Source: an uncultured Bacilli bacterium
GTDB lineage: Bacteria; Bacillota_I; Bacilli_A; RF39; UBA660
Assembly: GCA_947626095.1 (NCBI GenBank)
Contig: CANQQV010000002.1
Span: 64,001-128,000 of the forward strand
Direction: 5' to 3'
Length of the DNA: 64,000 nucleotides
The first letter of the stretch is position 1, and every line of letters begins with the position of its first letter. This document shows, piece by piece, positions 40,190 through 51,172 of the stretch. The notes under the pieces are model-generated. The model was not told the origin of the DNA, ran no database searches, and saw only the letters and a list, made by a program, of their open reading frames with translations. A program made the position numbers and the translations under genes.

Positions 40190-43100
40190 GAGAAATACCC
40201 CTTTCTTTAGTAAAATCAGTATTTAGCGAATCTATATCATTATATAAAGAAGTAACGTCGGTTAACATTCTTGATGTATCTATTTTTTTGCCTTTATTTA
40301 GTAATTGTAAGAAAGCTAATTTCATTTGGAGATATACTTCTTTAGAAACATCTTTAACTTCATTACTTAAATTTACTTGAGTATTAGCTAATAAATCTAA
40401 GATATTAATATTGGTTGGAGTTTCTTCATAAATAATGGCAAAGTTCGGAGTGATAATTAATCTTAAGCCTTCTTCGCGAACTCCATAATTATAAGCTAGT
40501 TCGCTAAAGGCGTTTTCTTCATCTTCAATATTACAATTTAATTGATAATTTTCGCGTTTAGATGAAGCTATCTCAAGATGTTTTAAAGTTTTGATAGCAG
40601 TATAATCGATATTGTCTTTATTATATTCTTCATATTCATCATAGTGAATACTTAGAGTTTCAGAATCAGTTGGTTTTATATGACCTTCTTTTTCGGATAG
40701 AATATATTGCATACGAGAATCAGTTAAATATAGTTCTTTCTTTAATGGAACAGGTGCTTCATACTTAGGTGGTAATTTTGGTTGAGCTTGATCTTTGATA
40801 GCATTTTTATTAATAGCAGTTGCTATATCATTATGACCTAAACCAACGGTTATTTTGGAAAGTTTTAAACTATTATATTGTTCTTCCGTTATTTTACCCT
40901 CTTCTAGTAATTGGCGATAAACTTGTTCATCAGCGGCGATTAATTCTTCAGCAGCTTTAACATAGATATCAAAAATAATTTGCGCAAATTGTTCTTTTGT
41001 TAAATGTTTTTCTTGAATAGCACGTTCGAAAGCTTTGTCAGGAACTTCGATGTTATCAAAACATAATAAGTTTTGATTACGCCATACCCAGCTTTGAGCT
41101 GCGATTTTACCATGTTCATCTCTAATAACAAATAAACGGCCATGTTTACTTGTCATACTATGTTCCATATCTAGTTCAGCCCAGTTATCAATTTCTTGAC
41201 AGCAATCAGATAAAGTACCAGCAGCTATTGGGAAGGCATCCATTAAACGAGGTATTTCATAAGTATATTCATCTTTGCTTGATGATATTCTTGGAATACT
41301 TGAGAAAGTTCTTAATTTACCATAATTAAAGATTTGTTGAAGAATATCAAATTCTGCTTGAGAATAACCAGCAATTGCTGAGACACGAGATAAATCTTCA
41401 TTACCAGTTTCAACATTAGAATATTTATTACTTTGAACATAATCAACAGCTAGTTTTAAAGTTAGGACACGATTACTATTATCGATTTTAATACGATCAA
41501 ATTGTTTTTGAATAGCAGCAACATAAGTCATATATTCGGGATTATCAAGAATTTCATCTAAATTTTTAAGTAAGAATTCACGAAAATCACGGTCATATTT
41601 TAATGTAAAACTACCAAATAAACTATGAGCTATTTGCGGTGTTATCATTCCTCTGACGTTATTGGCTTCCATGAAATTCCTAACCCATTTCGCCGTTTCA
41701 GGATATTGCTGTTCATTTAGAATTAAATGATATTGGTTATTTTCATTAGCTCTAAATATAAAAGGTAGGACTGGTTGATTTTCGGCGTTACTAAAGCCTT
41801 CTTTTTGCATTACTTCACGAAGTTTTTTATACTCTGGTAAACCGATTAACATATTGTTTCTATTTTCTTCAGGATTAGTAAATGATTTGAGAATAGTTTC
41901 TTCCATTTGGAAAATAGTATTTTGGTCAGTTGAATTAAGATTACGAGGAAGATTACTAATTATTGATATTAATCTTTTTTCGGCTTGAGAATCACCTTCA
42001 AAAATACCAAATGAGTAAGCTAGTTTAATTAAAGCATCGACACCTTCAGGAGTATTTCGATAGTTACCACTACGCATTAGTAGGGACCAACTCTTACCAT
42101 GAGCTAAGAACTTATCAGCATCAGCAAATGGTAAAGTTTCCATAACTACATAATCTGGGATAAATTTCTTACCTGTTTTTAAATACCATTTTTCTAATAA
42201 ATCGAGTTTATTATGACTAATCATGTAATCAACATCTTTTGGCTTTTGTAAGCCTAATTTAAGGAATTGTTGTTCCCCACCAATATGATCAATAAATTCA
42301 ATAAGCTCTTTTTCGCGTATACGTGGAGTATTGTAATAGAATGGTAAAATACTTTTATTTTGTAAGAAAGGTAACCATTCAGGATGAGCTTTTAAAACAG
42401 TAAATGAAATTGAATAGTTAACATTTTTATAATAATATTTTTTTAAATCATCAGGGGCATTAGAAGCTAAGAACATATGAGGTATTTCTTGTTTAATAAA
42501 TTGAGGGACATCTTCGTCATATGTTATTTGACCATTTTTAATAAGGTTTATAAGTTGATCTTTAATATTAAGGATTGTAGCTTGATCTAAAGTTTTAAGA
42601 TCTTTAAGACTATCTAAAACTTTAGAATCTTCAGCAATATAGTTACCAAAGGTTGTAATCAATTGGTAAGCGATATCATCAGGAATAAAGTTTAAATAGT
42701 TATTAGTGATTCTTACACCTTTAAAAGCAAGAGAAAATTTAATATGCTGTAAATAAGTATAGTATTCAGGGTAATGATAAAAGTCACTGTAGTTTAAAGT
42801 TCTTGCATAGTATTTATCTTTTAATTCTTGAGGAGCATTAGATGAAAGGAAAATATCAGGATATTTTTGTTTAAATGATTCAGGGAAATCTTCCGCAAAT
42901 GAGAAGGCATTGTTAACAATTACATTATATAATCCTTGTTCAATACTAGATTCGATTCCCTCTTTACTAGTATCTTTTAAGTCAACATTTAGTTTTTTAA
43001 ATAAATTAATAACAGAAGAATATGGAAGTAAGAAATCTAAATAGGATTTTAAACCATAATTCTTAATATATATCTCTGTAAGATTGAAGTTGCTGTCAGG

Positions 43101-45335
43101 TAAGTTAGCAGAGGATTCACTATCGATAGCTGTAATGTTTTGGGGAATATCACGAATATTGAAAGCTGTTTTACCTTCAAGGTATGGAAGCCATTCTGGG
43201 TGGTTATTGATATTTTTTAGAGTTAAACTACCGGCATAAAAATAACTTTTTAAGTCACTTGGAGCATCAGAGCTTAAGAATAATTCAGGGTATAGTTGTT
43301 TAAAGCTGGCTGGTAGATTTTCATCGTAAATAGAATCGAAAACACTCCAACTTTGTTTTAATTTTTCTATTAATGTATCATGAATCTTTTCTGTTATAAG
43401 ATTATCTAATTCAGCAAGATTTAAATCATTAAAAGAATTAATATTTATTGAAAGGCCATTTAATAAATTTCCGTATGACAAAATATATTCAATCATTTTA
43501 TCTTTGGCACCGATAGAATATAAATAATCAGTTAAGTTCATATACTTGTCAGGTGTTGAAATTACTGGGCAGGCATTGGCAAATATATTGCGTAAATCAA
43601 CATTTTTTAAATAATTTTGCCATTCAGGATTCATTCTCATTTGTTGAAATGATAAATTATTGGCATAGTAAAGGTTTTTTAAATCTTCTGGAGCATCAGA
43701 ACTAAGGAATATTTCAGGATGTTCTTTTTTAAATAAATCAGGGACAGTTTCAATAGCTTTAACTTTATTATTATAATATTGAGTGCGAATAGATGTAATA
43801 AATAAGTTAGTTAAACGGTTAAGAAATTCTTCATATGTTGCTGGTGGTTCCTCAACATTATAAGTATAATAACGAGCAAAAACATTTAAGTTATCACCTA
43901 ATGGACCATATTCTTTTGCAAAACGGATAAGATTTTTAAGACCTAGAGCTTCTATTAGACGTTTATCACTAACGTTTAGAAAGGTTTCAGAAGTTATTAA
44001 AGGGATATATTCATCGCTAAGAATGTTAGTAGACTCTAAATATATGCCAAGTTTTTGAAGCCATTCAGGGTATGATGCACTATCAAAGACAGAGGGATCA
44101 TTAGTTTTAACAAAAGTTAAATTGTCGTTATTATAGTAACGTTGAACGATTGTTAAATAAAAAAGATCTTTTATGTTATAGATTTCGTTATTTTCACGAG
44201 CACTATTTATCTTTTTATTTAATGAGCTGTAAAAGTCGAAATCTTGGCCAATATCAAAAGGTAAAAAATTATTTGTAAAAAGAAATGGCGCTTCATTAAT
44301 GATGGCGAGAAAATTTTCAGCACCAATTAAATTTTTAATATCTTGTAATGAATGATTTAAATGATTAAGGAAGTTGCCTTTACCAAAAACATTATAGTGA
44401 TTGACATAGTCGGCCAACGTTAATTGGTTATGAGTAAATCTTTCATAAACATCTTCAGGTAATTCGTCTTTAGAAATAAACAAATTAGGATATTTATTTC
44501 TAAAACGATTACTAAAATTATAGATATCAAGATAAGATGTACTAGTTACTAATTGAGCAATATATTCATCTACCCTATCCATCATTAAAGGGATTGGCTC
44601 TATTTTTAGAATTTCCATTATTTGTTCTTTATTAATTTCTTGACCGAAATTACTATATTTTATATTATTAATAACAATTGATAGTTCGTTAATATACTCA
44701 GGATTAATTTTATATACTTTGACGGATTTAGTTAAACCTAGATAATCAGAAATGTTGGTTAAAAGACGATTGTCATTGCTTTGATAATTTAAGATACTAT
44801 TACGTTTTTTGGCAGATAATTCATTTAGTTGTTCATCACTTAAATTAAGTAAGTCACTGATTTCTAGGGTTGAAGTAACATATTTTTTTTCAAATTCGCG
44901 ATCAAATAAAGAAGATAAGAAAAGATCAGGATGTTCTTTAACAATTTGTTCATCAAAGTTATCGCGAAGTAAGTTGGAATAGGCATATTCAACATTACGA
45001 ATATTGCAACCTTTAAGGTTAACTCCGTAAGGAGACTCAATACTATCAATTACTCTAAAGTCAATATTAGCATGAGTAGCTGATAAATCTAAAGGACTAT
45101 CAAGAGAAACAAGGGAAACGTTTTCCCATTCTTCAAATGGAATATCACTTAAATCATAACTTATTAATTCTTGACAAATTTTTAAGACATCGGCACCATA
45201 TTCTCTGATAAATTGTTCGTTATCACTTTCATATAATTCTTTGTGTTCTTCAGAACTAATTTCAAATTGTTTAATAGCTGCAAAATACTGTTCTTTTAAC
45301 TCTCTAAATTTTGCTAAAGTTAGTTTTTCTCGCAT
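40176..45335 (-). CDS. Giant hypothetical protein with ~6 internal repeats and a conserved-looking C-terminal CCQ/QSWVWR/FDNIE domain
   Basis: 1719-aa ORF, AGAGG RBS; repeat core F(K)xxYPxLFLSSDAPxDLKxxYY. Confidence 0.75.
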   Translation of the reverse strand: MREKLTLAKFRELKEQYFAAIKQFEISSEEHKELYESDNEQFIREYGADVLKICQELISYDLSDIPFEEWENVSLVSLDSPLDLSATHANIDFRVIDSIESPYGVNLKGCNIRNVEYAYSNLLRDNFDEQIVKEHPDLFLSSLFDREFEKKYVTSTLEISDLLNLSDEQLNELSAKKRNSILNYQSNDNRLLTNISDYLGLTKSVKVYKINPEYINELSIVINNIKYSNFGQEINKEQIMEILKIEPIPLMMDRVDEYIAQLVTSTSYLDIYNFSNRFRNKYPNLFISKDELPEDVYERFTHNQLTLADYVNHYNVFGKGNFLNHLNHSLQDIKNLIGAENFLAIINEAPFLFTNNFLPFDIGQDFDFYSSLNKKINSARENNEIYNIKDLFYLTIVQRYYNNDNLTFVKTNDPSVFDSASYPEWLQKLGIYLESTNILSDEYIPLITSETFLNVSDKRLIEALGLKNLIRFAKEYGPLGDNLNVFARYYTYNVEEPPATYEEFLNRLTNLFITSIRTQYYNNKVKAIETVPDLFKKEHPEIFLSSDAPEDLKNLYYANNLSFQQMRMNPEWQNYLKNVDLRNIFANACPVISTPDKYMNLTDYLYSIGAKDKMIEYILSYGNLLNGLSININSFNDLNLAELDNLITEKIHDTLIEKLKQSWSVFDSIYDENLPASFKQLYPELFLSSDAPSDLKSYFYAGSLTLKNINNHPEWLPYLEGKTAFNIRDIPQNITAIDSESSANLPDSNFNLTEIYIKNYGLKSYLDFLLPYSSVINLFKKLNVDLKDTSKEGIESSIEQGLYNVIVNNAFSFAEDFPESFKQKYPDIFLSSNAPQELKDKYYARTLNYSDFYHYPEYYTYLQHIKFSLAFKGVRITNNYLNFIPDDIAYQLITTFGNYIAEDSKVLDSLKDLKTLDQATILNIKDQLINLIKNGQITYDEDVPQFIKQEIPHMFLASNAPDDLKKYYYKNVNYSISFTVLKAHPEWLPFLQNKSILPFYYNTPRIREKELIEFIDHIGGEQQFLKLGLQKPKDVDYMISHNKLDLLEKWYLKTGKKFIPDYVVMETLPFADADKFLAHGKSWSLLMRSGNYRNTPEGVDALIKLAYSFGIFEGDSQAEKRLISIISNLPRNLNSTDQNTIFQMEETILKSFTNPEENRNNMLIGLPEYKKLREVMQKEGFSNAENQPVLPFIFRANENNQYHLILNEQQYPETAKWVRNFMEANNVRGMITPQIAHSLFGSFTLKYDRDFREFLLKNLDEILDNPEYMTYVAAIQKQFDRIKIDNSNRVLTLKLAVDYVQSNKYSNVETGNEDLSRVSAIAGYSQAEFDILQQIFNYGKLRTFSSIPRISSSKDEYTYEIPRLMDAFPIAAGTLSDCCQEIDNWAELDMEHSMTSKHGRLFVIRDEHGKIAAQSWVWRNQNLLCFDNIEVPDKAFERAIQEKHLTKEQFAQIIFDIYVKAAEELIAADEQVYRQLLEEGKITEEQYNSLKLSKITVGLGHNDIATAINKNAIKDQAQPKLPPKYEAPVPLKKELYLTDSRMQYILSEKEGHIKPTDSETLSIHYDEYEEYNKDNIDYTAIKTLKHLEIASSKRENYQLNCNIEDEENAFSELAYNYGVREEGLRLIITPNFAIIYEETPTNINILDLLANTQVNLSNEVKDVSKEVYLQMKLAFLQLLNKGKKIDTSRMLTDVTSLYNDIDSLNTDFTKERGISHGAK

Positions 45336-45408
45336 AATGAATACCTCTTCTACTCTATAATTAATTATAACATAAATAAAATAATATCTAAAAATTAAAT
45401 AAGATATT

Positions 45409-45436
45409 AAAAAAACTAGTAATTAACTAGTTTTTA
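45409..45436 (-). terminator. Intrinsic terminator after the transglutaminase-like gene
   Basis: AAAAACTAGT-aatta-ACTAGTTTTT. Confidence 0.7.
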
Positions 45437-47584
45437 GTGACCAAGTTTTGGTGAATCCTGATTGGGAGTACCAAAGGCTAATTTACCAGCATATCCCATT
45501 GAATATAGAGGTTCTGGTAAAGATTTTTGTTTTGTAATACCTAAAGATTGTAAAAATAATTGATTAATAAATTGGACTTGATATGGAGTTCTAAATAAGG
45601 AAACAAGAATATCTTGATTATAGCTATAATGATGTAAATCATCAATATTTCTAAATAATCCAACGGTATCTATAACTCCCTTATCACGACATTCCTTAAT
45701 TAATTCTTGACAAATTATATTATATAAAGTTTCAGCTGATTTATTAAAAGCATAATTCATTCCAGGACGTTGATCAGAGTAATAATATTTAATTCCAGCT
45801 GATGAAAGCCATAAGTTAGCAAATAAAGCTTTGGCAAAAAGTTTTTTATCAGTTACTATGTGTCCAGTTTTGATATCAGCTATTTTGTATTTAGAAGTAT
45901 CAGTTTCTAGAGGGTCATCTGAATCAACATAAATCTCATATTTAGATGCTAAGTCTTTTAATTCAGCAAAAGTAGGGATATTAATTCTATTCTTTTTATT
46001 TTCTAGAACTTCAAGTTCAACTCGTTTATTTGTACTAAAGTAGTCAATTAAGTCAGGATCAACTACACGATAGCCATTTGCATCATAATAACCAATATAG
46101 CCCCCAGATTCACCTACTTTACGATCGAGTCTTTCACGACTTAAATATTCATCTACCATATCTTGACGATTGTCATTAAAGAAGTTTCTTTCAGTATAAA
46201 TAGTATTTCTTTTTAATACTTCATTGCTACCTTCTTTAACAAGTTCAAAAATGTCATAATGCATTACATCAACGCCACAAATTTTATATGGTTTATTTAA
46301 CATTCTTTGAGCAATAAAGACACTGCCATCACTTCTTTTATATCTTCTAGTTGGATAAATAAACATCTTTTGTTTTTCTTGAGGCTTATCAATTTCTTTG
46401 ACACTAGTAACTAAATCTAGATTTTCATTTAAATCTTCATTAATAGTGTTTTTACTTGCTTTACCAATATAATAAGTTCTTTGAGCAAGTGAGTCTGCAA
46501 TATTTTCTGGAGAAAATAAAATGTTAACAAGTGTATTTTCGAAATTTAAAGGAATATGTTCATTAAATCTTTGACGATTAATTAAATCAGTAACATTAGT
46601 TTCACTATATAGGATTAATGGTAATTCTCTCTTTCCATCTTTAGTTATATTTACGTAATAGTAACGATAATAATTTGTACCATCGAATGTATTATTGCCA
46701 ATTTGCGCTACAATAAATTTGGTACCATCTTTTCGTTTTCCATAATAGGTAGTATTTTTATAGTTTCTTGATCTATTGGCGCCAGTTTGACTAAGAAGCA
46801 TTTTAATTAGTTGAGGATCAAGTTGAGATAAGGTATGCTCATAATCTTGAGTTTTTTCGCCTGGAGCAGGATGATGGCAACGGCTAAATTTTTTAACGTC
46901 TTGACAAAGCCAGTCAAAACTATTATATTTTCCAGATCTAAAAGTTGTATTGTCCCATGTTAAATCAATTGGATATTTTTTACCGTCAATAGTTACAATA
47001 TTCCAAGCATGACCTGATGTTTCTTGACTTTTAACTCCTCCTCTAGCATATTCACATTCAATATTATGGCGATCCATAAATTCTTTAAAAATAACAGCAT
47101 AACCAGCACAAACAGTTTGTCTAGTAATTAACCCTCTTAAACTTCTAATTTCACTAGAAGCTTTTTGTTCATATTTAGGATCATACATGATTCCAGTCTT
47201 TAATCTATCATATATGTAGATTATTTTTTGAATGTCTGACCAATTTTTATTAATTCCTGACTCGATTTTTTCCATTTGCTCTAATATTTTTATAGTTTCA
47301 TTTCTGGTATAAATAACAGAATTATAATAATAATCTTCTAATGATTCGGTTTTAAAACTGCATCCTTTATATCTTTCAAGTCTATCCTTATCATAGCTAC
47401 CAGCAATTCTAATTGCGACATTTGGGTTTAACTGTCTTATCATAGAAGAAGTTATTCCTTTAGTATTTTGAATTTCAACTAAAATAGGCGAATTGGGGTA
47501 TTGACGACAAACATTATTAATACGGTTAATATCTAGGGGTTCATTTAAAGCAAATGTAATTTTATACAGATAATCATATTTCAT
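45434..47584 (-). CDS. Transglutaminase-like (Cys-His-Asp) domain protein with a long unknown C-terminal region
   Basis: TVCAGYA, GHAWNIV, IDLTWD; start set at MKYDY behind GGTGAG. Confidence 0.8.
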   Translation of the reverse strand: MKYDYLYKITFALNEPLDINRINNVCRQYPNSPILVEIQNTKGITSSMIRQLNPNVAIRIAGSYDKDRLERYKGCSFKTESLEDYYYNSVIYTRNETIKILEQMEKIESGINKNWSDIQKIIYIYDRLKTGIMYDPKYEQKASSEIRSLRGLITRQTVCAGYAVIFKEFMDRHNIECEYARGGVKSQETSGHAWNIVTIDGKKYPIDLTWDNTTFRSGKYNSFDWLCQDVKKFSRCHHPAPGEKTQDYEHTLSQLDPQLIKMLLSQTGANRSRNYKNTTYYGKRKDGTKFIVAQIGNNTFDGTNYYRYYYVNITKDGKRELPLILYSETNVTDLINRQRFNEHIPLNFENTLVNILFSPENIADSLAQRTYYIGKASKNTINEDLNENLDLVTSVKEIDKPQEKQKMFIYPTRRYKRSDGSVFIAQRMLNKPYKICGVDVMHYDIFELVKEGSNEVLKRNTIYTERNFFNDNRQDMVDEYLSRERLDRKVGESGGYIGYYDANGYRVVDPDLIDYFSTNKRVELEVLENKKNRINIPTFAELKDLASKYEIYVDSDDPLETDTSKYKIADIKTGHIVTDKKLFAKALFANLWLSSAGIKYYYSDQRPGMNYAFNKSAETLYNIICQELIKECRDKGVIDTVGLFRNIDDLHHYSYNQDILVSLFRTPYQVQFINQLFLQSLGITKQKSLPEPLYSMGYAGKLAFGTPNQDSPKLGH

Positions 47585-48275
47585 TATACTCACCAGCGAA
47601 TTCTACCATATTTTCGTTTAAAACTAAAATATCTTTTTTTAGCAAATTATTAAATAATTCTTTGTTATTGTTATATTGTTTTTCATCGATACTTAATCTT
47701 TTTAATTTTAATAAACTATTTAAGAAATTAAAATCATGAATATTAGTGTTATCGATATATAATTCTTCTAATGATTTAATATTTATATCATCGCAATTGG
47801 TAATGTTAGAATAAGATAATTGTAGATATTTTAAATTGGTTAAAGAGTTGATTATAGCAATAGGTATTTCACCATTAATAATCGTTAGTTTTTCAAGATT
47901 TTTAAAAAGTTTTAAAAAAGAATAATTATTGATGCGACAATTAACAAGGGATAATGAATTTAATTTCAAAGATGCAATTAAGTCAGCATTTTCAAAATCA
48001 CAGTTTTCAAAAGTAAAATCATTTAAAGAGTTTAATTTTAAAAAAATATTATAATTATCATTAAAAATATGACCATTTCTAATAGTGATAGTTGTTAAGT
48101 TAGGAAACTTTAATAATTCTTCTAAAAAATTAAGATCGCTTTCGTTATTATAATCAATTACTACTTCAGTTATTTTAGCTAGTTCTTCTTTGGTAAAACT
48201 ATTATCTAGTTTATCTAGTTTAAACATTGCATAATCTGCTAAGTTAGAATTTTCAATACTAATTAAATCTTCCAT
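47574..48275 (-). CDS. Leucine-rich repeat protein
   Basis: Repeated LxxLxxLxLxx units (FPNLTTITI, FKNLEKLTI, LTNLKYLQL, SLEELYI, LKRLSI). Confidence 0.8.
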   Translation of the reverse strand: MEDLISIENSNLADYAMFKLDKLDNSFTKEELAKITEVVIDYNNESDLNFLEELLKFPNLTTITIRNGHIFNDNYNIFLKLNSLNDFTFENCDFENADLIASLKLNSLSLVNCRINNYSFLKLFKNLEKLTIINGEIPIAIINSLTNLKYLQLSYSNITNCDDINIKSLEELYIDNTNIHDFNFLNSLLKLKRLSIDEKQYNNNKELFNNLLKKDILVLNENMVEFAGEYNEI

Positions 48276-48375
48276 ATTATCACTTCTCTCAATATAAATA
48301 TACTATAGATTATGGTATTTGAGGGGTTTTATTTAATGAGCTTTACATATAAAAAGATGACTTAATAGTCACCTT

Positions 48376-49881
48376 CTATTTAATTAGTGAATTACCATTT
48401 ATTTCGACTGGTATAGGTAGTTCTAGTAAACTTAACATGGTTGGAGCAATATCAGATAGTTTACCATCACTTTTTAGTTCAAGACCTTTTTTGGTAACAA
48501 TAAACGGAACTTTATTAGTAGTATGAGTTGTATATGGTGAACCATCTTCATTAATCATAACATCACAGTTACCATGATCAGCAGTAATAATTAGAGTTCC
48601 TTCTTTTTCTTCTACTTTCGCATATAATCTTTTTAAACAAGTATCTAAGAATTCAACAGCTTTAACAGCAGCATCATAAACGCCAGTATGACCTACCATA
48701 TCACCATTAGCATAGTTTAAGATAACAACATCTAAATAGTCTTTATCTAGTTCAGCTAATAGTTTATCAGTTACTTCTTCCGCACTCATTTCTGGTTTTA
48801 AATCATAAGTAGCGACTTTTGGTGAATTAACTAAAATACGTTTTGAATTTTTAAGTTCAATTTCTTTACCACCATCAAAGAAGTAAGTAACATGGGCATA
48901 CTTTTCGGTTTCCGCAATACGTAATTGATTTAAACCTAAAGAGTCTATATAAGCACCAAATGGGTTATCTAAATTTTGATAAGCGAAAGCAGTTAAACCA
49001 TGAACTGATTCATTTATTGCCATCATTGATACTAGTTTAATATTATTAAATTTAGTAACAGGCATTTCATTAAAGTCAGGATTAGTTAAAGCTGTACACA
49101 TTTCACGTAGACGATCAGGGCGATAGTTAAAGACAATAATACCATCGTTTTCTTCAATCTTACCATCATTTAAAACAGTAGGAATTATAAATTCATCAGT
49201 TACATCTTTAGCATAAGAATTAGTAAATAATTCTTCAGGCGTATTAGCATGTTCGCCAATACCATAGACAATAGCATCATAAGCAATCTTTAAGCGATCA
49301 TAATTGTTATCACGATCCATACCATAATAACGACCACCAATTGTAATTATTTTACCAATGTTATCAGCTTTAATTTTATCTTCTAATTTTTTTACATAAT
49401 CTTTACCACTATGGATATCAGTATCTCTTCCATCAGTAAATAAATGGAAATATAGTTCTTTAATACCATTTTCTTTACACATATCAATTACAGCATTTAA
49501 GTGTCTAGTATGAGAGTGAATTCCCCCATCACTAATTAAACCCATAACGTGTAATTTAGAATTGTTTTCTTTGGTATGATTAATAACTTTTAAGATATTT
49601 TCATTAGAAAAGAATTCTTTAGTTTCAATAGCGTTATTAATTAGTTCTAATGGTTGGTAGACGATTCTTCCAGCACCAATATTCATGTGACCAACTTCAC
49701 TATTACCCATTTGGCCTTCTGGTAAACCAACTAATTTACCAGAAGCTTCTAAAATAGTATGAGGATAGTTATTCCATAAATAATCAAAGGTTTCTTTATG
49801 CGCATTTTTAAATGCATTACCTTTAGTTTCTTCTCTTAGACCACAACCATCTAAGATACATAAGACAAGAGGTTTTTTCAT
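48376..49881 (-). CDS. gpmI: 2,3-bisphosphoglycerate-independent phosphoglycerate mutase
   Basis: ILDGCG, GQMGNSEVGH, AETEKYAHVT, DMVGHTG, ADHGN. Confidence 0.97.
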   Translation of the reverse strand: MKKPLVLCILDGCGLREETKGNAFKNAHKETFDYLWNNYPHTILEASGKLVGLPEGQMGNSEVGHMNIGAGRIVYQPLELINNAIETKEFFSNENILKVINHTKENNSKLHVMGLISDGGIHSHTRHLNAVIDMCKENGIKELYFHLFTDGRDTDIHSGKDYVKKLEDKIKADNIGKIITIGGRYYGMDRDNNYDRLKIAYDAIVYGIGEHANTPEELFTNSYAKDVTDEFIIPTVLNDGKIEENDGIIVFNYRPDRLREMCTALTNPDFNEMPVTKFNNIKLVSMMAINESVHGLTAFAYQNLDNPFGAYIDSLGLNQLRIAETEKYAHVTYFFDGGKEIELKNSKRILVNSPKVATYDLKPEMSAEEVTDKLLAELDKDYLDVVILNYANGDMVGHTGVYDAAVKAVEFLDTCLKRLYAKVEEKEGTLIITADHGNCDVMINEDGSPYTTHTTNKVPFIVTKKGLELKSDGKLSDIAPTMLSLLELPIPVEINGNSLIK

Positions 49882-49895
49882 TTCAATTCTCCTTT

Positions 49896-51086
49896 TTATA
49901 TTTCATCTAATTCTTTAGATATTTCTTCTTTAGATATACCTTTACCAATAAAGACTAATTTAACCATACGGTCACCATAGAATGGATCCCAGTCTTTTTG
50001 TAAATCGGGATTAGCAGCTAAAACTTCTTTTTGGAGTTTTGGAGATTCAGCCGCTAACCACAAACCAGCTTCGCCAATATTTTTTAAAGTACCAGCTTGT
50101 TCAAACATATAGGACATATCTTTATCATCATCAAAGTATGTAATACCTTTAACTCTAATTATTTTTTTAGGCCAAGCTTTACCAGCATAGTCATAGAATT
50201 TTTTACGATTCATTGGTTCACGACGATAATAAACAAAGGTATTAATACCGTATTCTTCGACTTCACCATGGTCATGATCATGATGATGGTCGTGGTGATG
50301 TTCATGTTCTTCATGTTCATGGTGATGTTCATGTTCTTCGTGTTCTTCTTCATTATCATCTTTATCTAGTTCACTATACCATCCTGATGAAGTAGCCGCT
50401 TTTTCAAAATTAAATTTTTTGGTAGCTAAGATTTCTTTTAAATCAACTTTAGAATAATTAGTTTCGATAATATCAGCTTTAGGTTGTAAAGCTTTAATAA
50501 CATCTTTAAGACTTGCTAAATCTTTTTTAGATACTTCATCAACTTTATTTAAGATAATAGTGTCACAGAATTCAATTTGATGAATTACTAAGTTTTCGAT
50601 ATCTTCATCATCGATATGATCGTTTAGTAAGTCACCACCAGCATTAAATTCATCACTCATACGTTTAGCATCAACAACGGAGACAATAGAATCTAAGTAA
50701 CATAGTTTGGGCATTTTATATTCATCATAAGCATCTTCTAAAGCACAAATAGTTTGGGCGATAGGAATAGGTTCACAAATACCACTAGCTTCGATAATAA
50801 TATAGTCAAACTTTTTAGTTTCGATAATATCTTGAATTTGTTTTAATAAATCAGCATTTAAAGTACAACAGATACAGCCGTTTTGTAAAGCAACTAAAGA
50901 GTCATCTTTACCACTAACTACTCCACCCTTTTCAATTAGGTTGGCATCAATATTTACTTCTCCAATATCATTGACAATAACTGCTATTTTATATCCTTCT
51001 TGGTTATTTAGAATATGATTTAAAAGGGTTGTTTTACCACTACCTAAATAACCAGTTAATAATGTAATAGGAATACTTTTTTGCAT
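49896..51086 (-). CDS. CobW/COG0523 zinc metallochaperone GTPase
   Basis: GYLGSGKTT, NGCICC, EASG, NKVD, His-rich insert, CobW_C. Confidence 0.92.
   Translation of the reverse strand: MQKSIPITLLTGYLGSGKTTLLNHILNNQEGYKIAVIVNDIGEVNIDANLIEKGGVVSGKDDSLVALQNGCICCTLNADLLKQIQDIIETKKFDYIIIEASGICEPIPIAQTICALEDAYDEYKMPKLCYLDSIVSVVDAKRMSDEFNAGGDLLNDHIDDEDIENLVIHQIEFCDTIILNKVDEVSKKDLASLKDVIKALQPKADIIETNYSKVDLKEILATKKFNFEKAATSSGWYSELDKDDNEEEHEEHEHHHEHEEHEHHHDHHHDHDHGEVEEYGINTFVYYRREPMNRKKFYDYAGKAWPKKIIRVKGITYFDDDKDMSYMFEQAGTLKNIGEAGLWLAAESPKLQKEVLAANPDLQKDWDPFYGDRMVKLVFIGKGISKEEISKELDEI
50266..50352 (-). repeat. His/Glu-rich coding tandem repeat in the CobW protein
   Basis: Encodes EEEHEEHEHHHEHEEHEHHHDHHHDHDH; near-duplicated 24-nt unit GAACA(C/T)GAAGAACATGAACATCAC. 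Confidence 0.7.
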
Positions 51087-51172
51087 CTTAATCACTCTTT
51101 TCTTCACTCACTTATTATATTATTTTTTACTTTTTTTGTACATAGAAAAATTAGAAAGCAATGTTTCTAATT

